Counted from the first letter of the stretch, positions 1-9,672 are shown. The stretch is DNA of 64,000 bases from a virus (IMGVR_UViG_3300042993_000007:71-64070); one strand, 5' to 3'. A program made the numbers and translations. Notes: generated by a model not told the origin, from the letters alone.

Positions 1-105
1 ACGCTGCCGCTTTCATCGACGGAGAACACGCGCTCGCCCAGCAGGATGGCGTCGTCGATCGCGGTGTCCAGCAGGCCGGACTTCTTGCCTGCAACACGAA
101 TCGAG
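1..105. repeat. Exact 105-bp terminal overlap (copy 1); indicates a circular 63,895-bp genome
   Basis: acgctgccgc...gaatcgag at 1-105 is identical to 63896-64000. Confidence 0.97.
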
Positions 106-536
106 TCCGCAATGGACAGGCGCACGTCGCGGTCCTTGTAACCGGCAATGACGCCATCCTTTTCAACCAGCAGGCTCTTGGCTTGGTCCAGCTCACGCTG
201 CACTGGTGCCAACTTGGTTTTGATGCGGACTTCAACCAGCTCGTTGATCTTGGTGTCGTCAATCTTACCGCCGTTGGCAGCCTCGAGCTCTTCGATGCGG
301 TCCAGGTCGGCTTGAATTTCTTCAGCGGTTTTACCCAGGGCGTTGAACTTGCCCAGGGCGGTTTCTGCGTCACGGGCCTTGATGCGAGACTTGGCAGCCT
401 CATCCTTCAAGAGCTTGACAACCGGGGTGTGTTCGATGCCTTCAACCTGGAGATAAAACTTGCCATCCTTCTCCACATAGAGGTCATGGTACTTTGCGTC
501 AACTTCGTCCAGGGAATCAACAATCGCTTTCAACAT
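1..536 (-). CDS. Capsid scaffolding protein, 5' part (continues at 63895 down to 63619)
   Basis: ATG at 536 (MLKAIVDSLDEVDAKYHDLYVEKDGKFYLQVEG...), coiled-coil; 536+277 nt = 271 codons in frame across the circular join; lies upstream of the major capsid gene. Confidence 0.85.
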   Translation of the reverse strand, partial: MLKAIVDSLDEVDAKYHDLYVEKDGKFYLQVEGIEHTPVVKLLKDEAAKSRIKARDAETALGKFNALGKTAEEIQADLDRIEELEAANGGKIDDTKINELVEVRIKTKLAPVQRELDQAKSLLVEKDGVIAGYKDRDVRLSIADSIRVAGKKSGLLDTAIDDAILLGERVFSVDESGS

Positions 537-587
537 TTCAAGGCCCTCTGCCGCGCATGCGGCTTTATGTAAACGACGTCATCGCCG

Positions 588-1787
588 TCAGTATTTTGCT
601 GGGTCCAAGCCTGCGGCACGGAATGCCTCAGCGTCCAGCTTCGCTAATTGAGCAAGGTTGATTTCGTCACCCTTGCGGTTGATAAACTTGTCCAACGTCA
701 TGCCAGCCCGAAAGAGCTTGGCTTTTGTCTTGCCGAGCACGTCGTCTTGGAATTCTTGGCTTTGTGTGCGCAACCATTTGTCATAGGAAGTTGCGGCAGG
801 TATTGGCCCAGTGACCTCGCGAATACGTTTGCGGGAAAACGTGTCATACTTGCCCTTATGGCCCCTGGGCAGATTGCGTCGCAGGTTGCGGCCTGCGGGT
901 GCCAGCCCAGCACCTCGTTTATATTCGCGAACCAGCATTTCCTCCGTGACAGGCTTGGCGGGGCGGTCACCAACGAAATCAGGGTCAAGGACGGCAACAC
1001 GGATGGACCGACAGCTAAAGTGCAAAGGAGGGAGAGGACCCTTACCGACCGGGAACCGCTTGTGGTCAAGCGCACGGCATAACGGTGTGGTCCTGCCGTC
1101 AAGCGTTGCAATAAGGACTTCTTCTGTGAACAGGTCTGCATTGGATTCTATGAACTCGGCGCGGACGTTGTTGGCGATGTGCTGCACTGCGGTGCGCGTG
1201 ATTGCCTGCACCTGCCGACGTGTCGTTTGAGTGACACCATCTTCGCCGTTGAAAATGGTGGTGCCAACAACCCGCCGAGCAATACTAGCACTATCTTCAC
1301 CGAACACCATACCCAGCTGGATCTGAGCACTGATACGCTGAATGTCGTCCGCCTCCATCTTGCTAGCCCAGTCTTTGAGCAGCATACCTTCGAACGGCCT
1401 TGACAACGCGATGTGCCGGATCTGGCTGGCGGTTGGCAACACGGTTTCAATGACGACTGGCAAAGACGTGATTAGCGCACCGCTGACGAACGCAGCCTCC
1501 TGCGTACCGAGGTCGATGGCCTGGGCTGCCAGGAACACACGCGCCTCGTCCCAGGCTTCCCCGCGGATAGCTCTGATCGCTGCAACCAACGCATAATAGC
1601 GTTTGACGTCCGCAGGCGTTTTCATGCCAGCGTGCTTGTCGAGCTGTTGCTTGATCTTGGCCACAAGTGCGGGCTCAGACAGGTTCAGCAACGCCGCAAT
1701 CTTGTTGCGCATGAACCCGCTGTACCGCAGCAGGTGGATCTGGTGCCGCAGCAGGGCGTCCCTGAAGTACTCGTTAGCCGTTGGCAT
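588..1787 (-). CDS. Minor head morphogenesis protein (SPP1 gp7/Mu gpF-like)
   Basis: ATLDGRTTPLCRALD...PPLHFSCRS motif; follows portal. Confidence 0.85.
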   Translation of the reverse strand: MPTANEYFRDALLRHQIHLLRYSGFMRNKIAALLNLSEPALVAKIKQQLDKHAGMKTPADVKRYYALVAAIRAIRGEAWDEARVFLAAQAIDLGTQEAAFVSGALITSLPVVIETVLPTASQIRHIALSRPFEGMLLKDWASKMEADDIQRISAQIQLGMVFGEDSASIARRVVGTTIFNGEDGVTQTTRRQVQAITRTAVQHIANNVRAEFIESNADLFTEEVLIATLDGRTTPLCRALDHKRFPVGKGPLPPLHFSCRSIRVAVLDPDFVGDRPAKPVTEEMLVREYKRGAGLAPAGRNLRRNLPRGHKGKYDTFSRKRIREVTGPIPAATSYDKWLRTQSQEFQDDVLGKTKAKLFRAGMTLDKFINRKGDEINLAQLAKLDAEAFRAAGLDPAKY

Positions 1788-3291
1788 TTAGAGGATCTTT
1801 CTTGTCTTTGGCGGCTGGGTCTTTCTTGTCAGGGTCGTCCGCGTTAGGATCTTCCGGCAGCGGTGGCACACCAAGGCCCTGTGCAATCTCGTCGTTGACT
1901 TGTTCCTGTTCCGTTTCGTAGTCGAGCTTCGTAAGGCCCTTGTCTACCATCAGTGCGTGGATGGACTCGAGGCTGATCGGTGCGCCCATGCTGCGGGCTG
2001 TCATAATCTTCAGCAGCTCTTCGCCGCTCAACTCGACGTCAGCGAATTCCAGGTTGGCCTCAACCACCACTTCTTCGGGGTTGGCGCCCACCCAGGTTGC
2101 CACTGTGCGGAGCAGCATCTGCAGGCCAGCAGCGCCAGTGATGGCGATCTGCTTCAGCGTAGCGGTCTGCGCAGAGATCCGTGTGCTAAGCGACTCGCCG
2201 CTTTCACGGTCGTTGCCGCTCTTAGTAGCAAACTGGCCAGCCTTAGCCCCAGCGCGCTCGTGGTCGGCCTGTAGGGCGGACCGCTGCTCTGATAGGCCGC
2301 TGCTTTCCACACCGATGTACTTAGCATCGCCATTGACGTCAACGTCAATGCGGGCACCTACACCAGTGCGCAGCGGCTCTTCGCCGTCACCTTCCACCCC
2401 GGTGCCGCCAGCCCGCAGGCCAATCGTCACTAGCGTGTCCTGGCCCTGCATGAACAGGCTTTGCCGGTAGTCGGCGTCAGCGCGGTAGATGGCGAGCGCC
2501 AGGATGGCGAGGCCGATCAGTGGCGGTGAGTCCGGCTCGGTTACAAGGTCACCGGCGTTAATGAATACGAACGGAATCTGGTCCAAGGTCTTGCCGCGCC
2601 ACATCGGTGGCAGCATGGAGCTCTGATCGTACTCGTCCTGGGTGAATACGCCCTGGGTGTACGTGTTCGCAACGGTGGTTTCGTTTGCAGTAAAGTCACC
2701 GAGCTGAAGTACCCGATGTTGCTTAGTCCAGTTCCATTCGAACTCGCTACGCTTGTACGAGCTTTCGTCCAGCACGACAAGATTGAGCACCTGCTTACCG
2801 GCACCGAACTCGTTGGCGTCCCAGTTAAGGATTGACTCAGCTGTGTACGTGGCTATGAACGGCATCGGGTTAGTCCGGTCTGGCGTTGCAGCCATGTCCG
2901 CAAGCAAACCCAGGCGCCCGGTGATCAGCTGCTCCACGTTGATACGCCGCAGCAGGTCGACCAAGCTTTCGCCGGTGTTGGTTGCCGAATCCCGCATGGT
3001 TTCCATACTGGCAGGAAGCTTGATGGTCGGAGGTTTGTTATACATGAACCCGATAAGCGCCTGCACACCTTCCTTGACGTATTCGTAGAACACAGCTCGG
3101 CACTGATAGGACGTGTAATCGTTGTGACCATCCTGGCCAGGGTTCATACCGTCCAGCTTCTGCGCTGGGGTGGCCGGTAGGTAACGAACCGTTTCAGCCT
3201 TGACAGCGCGCTGGCCTTTATAGGTGGTGCGCATGTCTTCCCAATCAGGCTTGAACTCTGTGTATAACGGATGCGGCGTGGACAGTGGCAT
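1774..3291 (-). CDS. Portal protein (DUF4055-type)
   Basis: 505 aa directly after terminase; YLP...Y..RAVFY and IPFVFI motifs. Confidence 0.85.
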   Translation of the reverse strand: MPLSTPHPLYTEFKPDWEDMRTTYKGQRAVKAETVRYLPATPAQKLDGMNPGQDGHNDYTSYQCRAVFYEYVKEGVQALIGFMYNKPPTIKLPASMETMRDSATNTGESLVDLLRRINVEQLITGRLGLLADMAATPDRTNPMPFIATYTAESILNWDANEFGAGKQVLNLVVLDESSYKRSEFEWNWTKQHRVLQLGDFTANETTVANTYTQGVFTQDEYDQSSMLPPMWRGKTLDQIPFVFINAGDLVTEPDSPPLIGLAILALAIYRADADYRQSLFMQGQDTLVTIGLRAGGTGVEGDGEEPLRTGVGARIDVDVNGDAKYIGVESSGLSEQRSALQADHERAGAKAGQFATKSGNDRESGESLSTRISAQTATLKQIAITGAAGLQMLLRTVATWVGANPEEVVVEANLEFADVELSGEELLKIMTARSMGAPISLESIHALMVDKGLTKLDYETEQEQVNDEIAQGLGVPPLPEDPNADDPDKKDPAAKDKKDPLNANG

Positions 3292-3300
3292 TTCGAGCTC

Positions 3301-4902
3301 CTAGTGCGAACCTTTTGTACGTCCGCTGCGCGGACCGTTGACCAAAGACAGAACCATGTAACGCACTTCGTCACCAATGTGGTCTTCAGCGTCGGTGTCG
3401 ACGTCATCCTGGTCGACTTCGTCCCTGGGCAATATTGGGAACAAGTCTATACAGTCCTTGCAAGTGTTGAATATGAACATGCCTGGGTATTCACGCGGGC
3501 CACCCTTCTCAGGTCTCAACCCACCTTTGAGCCACTTGCGGATTGCTTCCCAACCGGCCTTCCGGGAACCAGCGCTCTTGTCCGAGCGGTTCCATGTGAT
3601 ACCCTTGTACATCTTGCCCCGTACCTTAACAGGTTTCGCCATGTTAGCGGCAAAACTGTTCCCGTCCTCAACGTCAAAGATGCTGTTGTCCGCTGGCCCA
3701 GGCTGTACGCGACCGTATATGCCCATTACCATTTCGCGCTCAACTATGCCAGCGGCGACGTCGTTAACGAGCATACGCAGGCCCTCGTTAGCCTTGCCGG
3801 TGCAGCCATACCATTCGGCTATGCGAAACAGGTCACCGCGCACGGTGGAGCGCCATGTACCGTCAGCGTTCTCAACGTCAGAGCCGTCGCTAATGGCCCA
3901 CCAGCCAACGGAGAAAGGTCTGGAGCTACCGTAGTCGTAACTCCGTGTGATGCGCCAGTTGTGCGGGATCTTAAACGGCTTGACGATGTGCTGGGTGCTG
4001 TCCCACACGTCGTCGAACATACCACCGGCAACGATGTCCCAGTCGCCGAACAGCCATGCCCGACGCTTGTTCTTGTCGGTCATGATTTCCAGCCCAGCGA
4101 CATAGTCCGGGCTGAGGTACTTGTTCTCTTTGTATGAGCCGAACAGGTGGACCACCGTTTTGGTGACGTCCTCCCGCTGCTGGGTGCGTGGGTTGAATAC
4201 GTTAACCACACGGCGCACAACGCGACCCATCGGCGCGGCGTTGATAAACCGCTTCTTCACCCAGTTGTGGCCAACGCCATGCGGGTTGCAGGTGGCGAAC
4301 ACTTCGAGCGGGATTTCCGGCAGCAGGTAGTGCATCGCGTTCTCGTCGTCTTCATCGACAAGTATGATGCGGCCACTTTCTTTGTAGGCGTCACCGTCAA
4401 TCGTTACCGGGTAGTCCTCAGGACGGAAGCTGCTCCGGTTGCAACTCATCAGCATATCGAACAGGGTGTCGTTCGGGTACTTGGTAAGTTCGTTCCAGCC
4501 AATGAACGGGAACTCCTGGCCGTGATAGCCCCAGTAGTCCGATTCCTTTTTAATGGCCCGGAACATAAGCTCCTCGCCGTCCGGCCACACCCACCTATAG
4601 TCAGACTTGGAGCTTAGGAAACGAGCGTCCCCGGTGGCACTACCCACTTCGCGGATCTCCGGGAACCAGCGCATGGACTTGGACACCAAGTCGTCAAGGT
4701 TCTTGTATTCCCGGTCAAAGATGATGCCGCGCATGAACTTGCCGAAGCCCTGGCCAACGTACCGACGGAACCGCATCAGCTGGGCGTCAGTCTTGCCAGG
4801 GCCACGGGTGCCGTGATAAAGGATTACGTGTGCGGGACAGGACATCGCAAGGGTTTGCGAACCTGGGAGCGGTTGCCATGCCGCTTTCTTAGGTGCGAGC
4901 AT
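3301..4902 (-). CDS. terL: Terminase large subunit
   Basis: GTRGPGKT Walker A, IGWNELT Walker B, ATCNPHGVGH, C-terminal nuclease with SYDYG and EDHIGDEVRY. Confidence 0.93.
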   Translation of the reverse strand: MLAPKKAAWQPLPGSQTLAMSCPAHVILYHGTRGPGKTDAQLMRFRRYVGQGFGKFMRGIIFDREYKNLDDLVSKSMRWFPEIREVGSATGDARFLSSKSDYRWVWPDGEELMFRAIKKESDYWGYHGQEFPFIGWNELTKYPNDTLFDMLMSCNRSSFRPEDYPVTIDGDAYKESGRIILVDEDDENAMHYLLPEIPLEVFATCNPHGVGHNWVKKRFINAAPMGRVVRRVVNVFNPRTQQREDVTKTVVHLFGSYKENKYLSPDYVAGLEIMTDKNKRRAWLFGDWDIVAGGMFDDVWDSTQHIVKPFKIPHNWRITRSYDYGSSRPFSVGWWAISDGSDVENADGTWRSTVRGDLFRIAEWYGCTGKANEGLRMLVNDVAAGIVEREMVMGIYGRVQPGPADNSIFDVEDGNSFAANMAKPVKVRGKMYKGITWNRSDKSAGSRKAGWEAIRKWLKGGLRPEKGGPREYPGMFIFNTCKDCIDLFPILPRDEVDQDDVDTDAEDHIGDEVRYMVLSLVNGPRSGRTKGSH

Positions 4903-5422
4903 CGGCTACCAACTTGTCCTGACTTTCGCTGGCAACCTTTTCCCATTCGTCGATATTGGCAATCCCTGGAACCACCATAACGCCGCCCCGGTTGTTGCCG
5001 GTGCCCTTGTCTTTCTTAGCCACATCCATACCGTGAATGCGGGCCAGTTGGCCCAGGGCAGCCACACGGGACGACGCCGAGCCGCCTGGGCCACGGTAGT
5101 TGGCTTCACGGCGCAGGCCGACAAGGATCTTACGCTTGTCGTCAGCGGCCTCAACCTTGGGGTTGGCAGGTTCTTCGAACTCGGTGTTCTTAATTTTGCG
5201 CTGGACATAGGACTCGCCCATAAAGCGCACGGCGTATTCTTCTGCGAACGCACGCATAAAGCCGCACCGCATTGCAGCGCAGACTGGGTCGTAGTCTTTG
5301 AGGAATTCGCTAACGAAGAAATCACGGAGAGCCTTTTCGCGGCCTTCTGGCTCAGGCTCGATCTCTAGAAAATCACCGTCCCAGAATCTCTTCTGGTCGT
5401 CGCTTGGTGGCTGCTGAGCCAT
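4889..5422 (-). CDS. terS: Terminase small subunit
   Basis: Immediately upstream of terL; FVSEFLKDYDPVCAAMRCGF and SRVAALGQLARIHGMD patterns. Confidence 0.8.
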   Translation of the reverse strand: MAQQPPSDDQKRFWDGDFLEIEPEPEGREKALRDFFVSEFLKDYDPVCAAMRCGFMRAFAEEYAVRFMGESYVQRKIKNTEFEEPANPKVEAADDKRKILVGLRREANYRGPGGSASSRVAALGQLARIHGMDVAKKDKGTGNNRGGVMVVPGIANIDEWEKVASESQDKLVADART

Positions 5423-5500
5423 GCTCTCACCCCATCATTGCAGTTGGCACATGCCAACCATACCCGGAGCATAGCAACTCTCCGGGCGTCGAAACAACCT

Positions 5501-5824
5501 CTAAGGCTTTGGCTCAACATTGAGCTCACGCTGGCGCTGGATTTTAAGTCTACCTTCCTGCCAATCGATGCTGCCGTTGTGCAGCGCTTGGCACTGCTCA
5601 AACGCCACAACGTAAAGCTGTCGGGACAGGATGATGTTGCCTGTGACCGGCATCGGGATGTCAACCACATTAGGGATTCGGACCATGTACTTTGCCGGTG
5701 GGCTGTACCGCTCCGGTTCCGGCTTTGGGCACTCCATCACTAGCGGGGCTTTCGCAGGTGCGTTCGAGCATGCAACGCAACTGAGGAGGGAGAGGACTAT
5801 TAAGGTACGTGCGAACGGTTTCAT
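5501..5824 (-). CDS. Outer-membrane spanin (Rz1-like lipoprotein)
   Basis: ATG 5824 with GGAGG SD; signal peptide with lipobox (LLSC/VAC); Pro-rich; overlaps 3' end of the i-spanin in another frame. Confidence 0.75.
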   Translation of the reverse strand: MKPFARTLIVLSLLSCVACSNAPAKAPLVMECPKPEPERYSPPAKYMVRIPNVVDIPMPVTGNIILSRQLYVVAFEQCQALHNGSIDWQEGRLKIQRQRELNVEPKP

Positions 5825-6182
5825 CTGCTTCCTCCAACCGACCGAGCTTGGCCCTGAATTCCGCATCGCGGTTGGACAGGGCGTTCATTTCGTTTACCAG
5901 TTTGCCCAGCACGTCGGCGTCCAGATACCTTAGTTCCTTCAACTCCTGGATGTCGGCCTTGTGGAATTCATTCAAGGTTTTCAAACTACCAACCTCACCG
6001 TTCAGCGAGGTTACATCACTGTGCAAGCCTTCGACAACAACGTCCTGTTTGAGTTTGCTGATGTACAGTGTCACCGACAGCCCCAGGGCTGCCAGCAACA
6101 TCGCAATCAGCATGTATTCAATTATTAACCGGGCCTTCGGCCCGAGGAAGTTTGAGAACATGCCGAACAGTGCTTTAAACAT
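5670..6182 (-). CDS. Inner-membrane spanin (Rz-like)
   Basis: Single N-terminal TM segment, periplasmic coiled coil, C-terminal Cys residues; follows holin. Confidence 0.75.
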   Translation of the reverse strand: MFKALFGMFSNFLGPKARLIIEYMLIAMLLAALGLSVTLYISKLKQDVVVEGLHSDVTSLNGEVGSLKTLNEFHKADIQELKELRYLDADVLGKLVNEMNALSNRDAEFRAKLGRLEEADETVRTYLNSPLPPQLRCMLERTCESPASDGVPKAGTGAVQPTGKVHGPNP

Positions 6183-6537
6183 CTTCTGAGTCCTTTGGAG
6201 GTTGCGAATTCTGGCGCCCTTTCCACGTAATCCCCAGTTTCTTCAAAACCTGCTTTTCCAGCACCATAATAGTCACGTCCGCACCCAGCCAGCCGAACAC
6301 ACCAACTATCACGCCAGTCCATTGTTCGCTGAGTTGCAGTACGTTGCACAAGAGAAACACGAGGAACCCTGCAAAGGCCGCGCCCAAGGACTTGACGCAT
6401 GATGCATACAGGGTGACTGGAGTGGATCCGTCCAGTGATCTGAACAAGTGCCCCATCAGCCCGCCGAATGCTGCAAAGGCGGAATATAGGGCTGCTTTGA
6501 ACATCCAACCGTAGGAGTTAGGGTCCTCTGGAAGCAT
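6175..6537 (-). CDS. Holin
   Basis: 120 aa with 2-3 TM segments and basic C-terminus; between endolysin and spanins; ATG 6537 with AGGAG SD. Confidence 0.75.
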   Translation of the reverse strand: MLPEDPNSYGWMFKAALYSAFAAFGGLMGHLFRSLDGSTPVTLYASCVKSLGAAFAGFLVFLLCNVLQLSEQWTGVIVGVFGWLGADVTIMVLEKQVLKKLGITWKGRQNSQPPKDSEDV

Positions 6538-6587
6538 GGTAACTCTCCTAGATTTAAGAGGCTGGAGAGCCCATGCTCTACGCGAAG

Positions 6588-6598
6588 ATAATAGCACA
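6588..6598 (-). promoter_or_regulatory. Possible extended -10 promoter upstream of holin
   Basis: Minus strand TGTGC-TATTAT in the endolysin-holin intergenic gap. Confidence 0.35.
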
Positions 6599-6606
6599 AG
6601 GCCGCA

Positions 6607-7137
6607 CTAAGCGGCCACATCTGACCACAGGTAAGGGTCCTTAAGACCTTTCTTCAGTTTGGCAATCACCTTGGCTGCGGCCTCAACCTTGGTGACCCTG
6701 CCGTCCTTGTCAGCGTCCAGGCCGGAGTTCTGCCGGTAGGCTACGCCGCTACTGAACAGCACGCTGGCCTCCGGTGCGCCGATGTACTTCGGCAGGAGGA
6801 TGGCCATATACATATCCGGCAGCGTTGCGATACGCCGGTAGTACGGGTGGAAGTATTCGAACACTACGTCCAGCTGTTCCTCGGCGGACATGCTTGCCAG
6901 TTCGCGCACGTTGGTGCCCAGGCCCAGCGCAGTACCGGGCATAAACTGAATCAGGCCAGTGGCACCACTGCCAGCAGCGTTCTTCACGCTAGGGCTGAAG
7001 GTTTCACCTGTCTCGAACGCCATACAGGACATCAGCCAATCGGCATGGCTGGCACCCCAGTGGTACGTCGCGCAACCTTCGAACACCTTGTCGCGAAAGG
7101 CTGCACTCACCTTATTGCCCCAAGCGAGCTGTTTCAT
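6607..7137 (-). CDS. Endolysin (lysozyme-like/transglycosylase fold)
   Basis: CMAFETG catalytic Glu, SGATGLIQFMP motif; heads the lysis cassette. Confidence 0.88.
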   Translation of the reverse strand: MKQLAWGNKVSAAFRDKVFEGCATYHWGASHADWLMSCMAFETGETFSPSVKNAAGSGATGLIQFMPGTALGLGTNVRELASMSAEEQLDVVFEYFHPYYRRIATLPDMYMAILLPKYIGAPEASVLFSSGVAYRQNSGLDADKDGRVTKVEAAAKVIAKLKKGLKDPYLWSDVAA

Positions 7138-7580
7138 TTGCGCTTCCTCATTCTAATCGTTTGAACAGGACCGCCAGTAAATGCGTCAAGGTTCTTGGCG
7201 CACTCAATGGCTTGGCGTGCTGTGTACCCCAGGTGCATCGCAGCGAGTGCGAACTGGTGCCCGCTGCCGCCAACCCACGGCACGGCCACAGGTACGAACA
7301 CACCACCTGAGTAAATCTCACACGGGTTGGTGCCGTCGGCGTTGACAATCAACCCTTCAAACTCACCCTCTTTCTCGTCCCACTTTGGCGCTGGTTCAGG
7401 TTGGCCATCGTCAAGCCATTTGCGCACAATAGCGACACCCTTCGTTGTGCCGCAGCCAGCCAAGCACCTGCCGTCGTTGAGGATATACAGCTTCTGTTCG
7501 CTAAGGCTGGCTATGACGCCACCGCATGAAACCTGACTGTCACTAGCCAGGGTCTTACCGTCGAAGGCTAATGTGGTCAT
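7134..7580 (-). CDS. HslV/proteasome-beta-like Ntn-hydrolase peptidase
   Basis: N-terminal M-T-T, LASDSQ, conserved Lys (EQKLY), GGSG, DAFTGG. Confidence 0.7.
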   Translation of the reverse strand: MTTLAFDGKTLASDSQVSCGGVIASLSEQKLYILNDGRCLAGCGTTKGVAIVRKWLDDGQPEPAPKWDEKEGEFEGLIVNADGTNPCEIYSGGVFVPVAVPWVGGSGHQFALAAMHLGYTARQAIECAKNLDAFTGGPVQTIRMRKRK

Positions 7581-7825
7581 GCGTCCTCCCACTTGCCGAA
7601 ATCTGAAGAGCGGGAGTCGAATATCCGTACCCGACCCCGCTTGGTAATGGTCTTAACTTTTTCACCCCGTTCGTCAAGCATAAAGCGACCGCATGCATCT
7701 ACCGCAAACTGCTCCATGACCCCAAGCTTGCTATCAGCCATGATAACAAATCGTTGACGGACGTCGTCCAGGAACACCCACGTCCGGTTATGTCCAGGAT
7801 GGTTCTTTTCCATATCGACTAGCAT
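7577..7825 (-). CDS. Hypothetical protein (82 aa)
   Basis: ATG 7825, tight coupling with both neighbours. Confidence 0.55.
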   Translation of the reverse strand: MLVDMEKNHPGHNRTWVFLDDVRQRFVIMADSKLGVMEQFAVDACGRFMLDERGEKVKTITKRGRVRIFDSRSSDFGKWEDA

Positions 7826-7827
7826 GG

Positions 7828-8295
7828 TTACACCCGAGGCCGTTCGCCGAGTTGCAGCTTGCGGTCCACCCAGTTGCGGAACCACTGTTGGAAGTCGTCC
7901 ATACTGATTTCTGCACGAGCCTGGACGTGCGCTACGGTTGCGCCTGGGAGCGCTGGCAGGGCGATCCAGGCTGGCAGTACTACGCGCCACGCTTTGCGGT
8001 TTTGGCGGTACAGCAGCACAGGCAGCTCGTTGTTACGGGTGGCCGCTGCGGTGCATTGTGCCCACCACGTATTCACGCTCAGAGCCTCCTGGCGTTTGAC
8101 CTCGATGCACAGGCCGAAGGTGTTGGTGAGGTCGCTGCCGCCAACCGCACTTTGGTTCTGGTTGCGCTGCACGATCTGGCCCAGGGGCGGGTCGATGTCG
8201 CGGAAACGCATGCACTCGACAATGATCGGGTCGAGTATCTTTGATATTTCGGTTTCGCCGCTGGCGCCTTTCTGTCTGACGTTAATGTTGGGCAT
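7828..8295 (-). CDS. Holliday junction resolvase-like PD-(D/E)XK nuclease
   Basis: KGASGE...SDL...IEVKRQE...PVLLYRQNR motifs; ATG 8295 with GGAG SD. Confidence 0.8.
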   Translation of the reverse strand: MPNINVRQKGASGETEISKILDPIIVECMRFRDIDPPLGQIVQRNQNQSAVGGSDLTNTFGLCIEVKRQEALSVNTWWAQCTAAATRNNELPVLLYRQNRKAWRVVLPAWIALPALPGATVAHVQARAEISMDDFQQWFRNWVDRKLQLGERPRV

Positions 8296-8324
8296 TTGAA
8301 GCTCCTTACTCAGGTATTTGAACG

Positions 8325-8627
8325 TTAGGGGTGAATGGCTACGAGCGCAAGTGTCGCAGCGGCACCCAACGTCAGGAACTCGAGGGTCCATACCCAGGTG
8401 CTCCAAGTGGTACGTTTCCACCACTCGCTGTTCCACGCACGGCGCATCACATACGAGCGGATGAAGGACACGATTGTGAACCAGAACACCAACCACAAGT
8501 CGGTCTCGTAGCTGGTGTATATGCCGTACATTGGGAAGAAGACCCACTGCGCCACCAAGCCCACCAGAACACCTACGAGGGTGCTGACCACAGCCTCAAC
8601 TAGACTGGCTCGCTTGGACTGGCTCAT
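8325..8627 (-). CDS. Small membrane protein
   Basis: MSQSKRASLVEAVVSTLVG..., 2-3 TM segments. Confidence 0.65.
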   Translation of the reverse strand: MSQSKRASLVEAVVSTLVGVLVGLVAQWVFFPMYGIYTSYETDLWLVFWFTIVSFIRSYVMRRAWNSEWWKRTTWSTWVWTLEFLTLGAAATLALVAIHP

Positions 8628-9154
8628 ATGTCACCGTCGTCCGGCACGCCGAGGTAAGTCTTCCACGGCACCTTGGCACCGTCGACCATGAAACCCCACA
8701 CGCCTTGCCAGGGACCACTGATAAACAGGGTGTACACGCCACCGGGGCTGATGCGGTCGATGCGGTGGTACTCGCCGAAGCCAAGCTTTGCCGTGTCGCC
8801 ACGCTGACGGATGAATGTGTACTTGACGTCGAACGCTGCACTTGGCACGTCGAGCAATCGTTCCTCCTCGTACCAGCCGCGCAGGATAATTGTCCTGGCG
8901 TTCCACGGGTGGTCGTGCAGGTCGCGGTCAGCGTCGGCGCGCATAATGTGGTGGACCCGTATCGACCATGGACACCACCAGAACTTCGGTTTGTTGTTGG
9001 TTCGGCTGTACGGGTTGAACACCCACCACCGCCCCATATACATATCCTTCTTGTCCTGGGACATGATGTGCTTGTACGGCGTTTTGAAGCTCCGCTTAAT
9101 GATCCAATCCGCAACCAATTGTCGGCTGAGGAACCAAGCTATTAGTTTCCACAT
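8624..9154 (-). CDS. Cupin-like metal-binding protein
   Basis: HHIMRADADRDLHDHPW and EYHRI His motifs. Confidence 0.6.
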   Translation of the reverse strand: MWKLIAWFLSRQLVADWIIKRSFKTPYKHIMSQDKKDMYMGRWWVFNPYSRTNNKPKFWWCPWSIRVHHIMRADADRDLHDHPWNARTIILRGWYEEERLLDVPSAAFDVKYTFIRQRGDTAKLGFGEYHRIDRISPGGVYTLFISGPWQGVWGFMVDGAKVPWKTYLGVPDDGDI

Positions 9155-9155
9155 G

Positions 9156-9335
9156 TTATACGGACTCCATTAACGTCCTGATTGATACTTCTTTGAGCTG
9201 TGCAGCGCGCTTCTCAACGTAGTTGAAACCGTTGCCAAATCGCCTGAGCATGTGCAGAGCTTGCTGGTCAACTTTACCTCGGGCGTATGCGTTGTTCAGC
9301 AGCACCTCAAGCTCCGCTTCTGTGAACTGTTTCAA
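9156..9335 (-). CDS. Hypothetical protein (59 aa, TTG start; not in ORF track)
   Basis: Fills gap; TTGA overlap with upstream stop. Confidence 0.4.
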   Translation of the reverse strand: MKQFTEAELEVLLNNAYARGKVDQQALHMLRRFGNGFNYVEKRAAQLKEVSIRTLMESV

Positions 9336-9661
9336 GGCTTGAATACCCCGTAGGTTTGAATTTCAAACTGCTCGATTTGAGCCTCGCTGTACGGGGACTG
9401 TTGGCTGTGTCCGCAGTCGCACAACTGGGGTTGGCTGCGAGCAGACTTGGTGGCCTTGGCGTGCTTGCGGGCTGCGCACCAGTCACGGTGAAAGCCGCTG
9501 ACCTCCTGGATGTAGTTCCACATGGTATGGCTGATGCGCTTGCCACCGTAAAACATATCGGTGTCACGCTTCGGCTCGTCTTTGCAGCCTGGGCACACCT
9601 GCTTTCCGCGGGACACGGAACCTTGCCAGATCAGCGGTCCATTACAGGTTGGGCAGCTCAT
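9332..9661 (-). CDS. Hypothetical Zn-ribbon protein
   Basis: CPTC...CPGC, CDCGH. Confidence 0.6.
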   Translation of the reverse strand: MSCPTCNGPLIWQGSVSRGKQVCPGCKDEPKRDTDMFYGGKRISHTMWNYIQEVSGFHRDWCAARKHAKATKSARSQPQLCDCGHSQQSPYSEAQIEQFEIQTYGVFKP

Positions 9662-9672
9662 AACACACCTCG

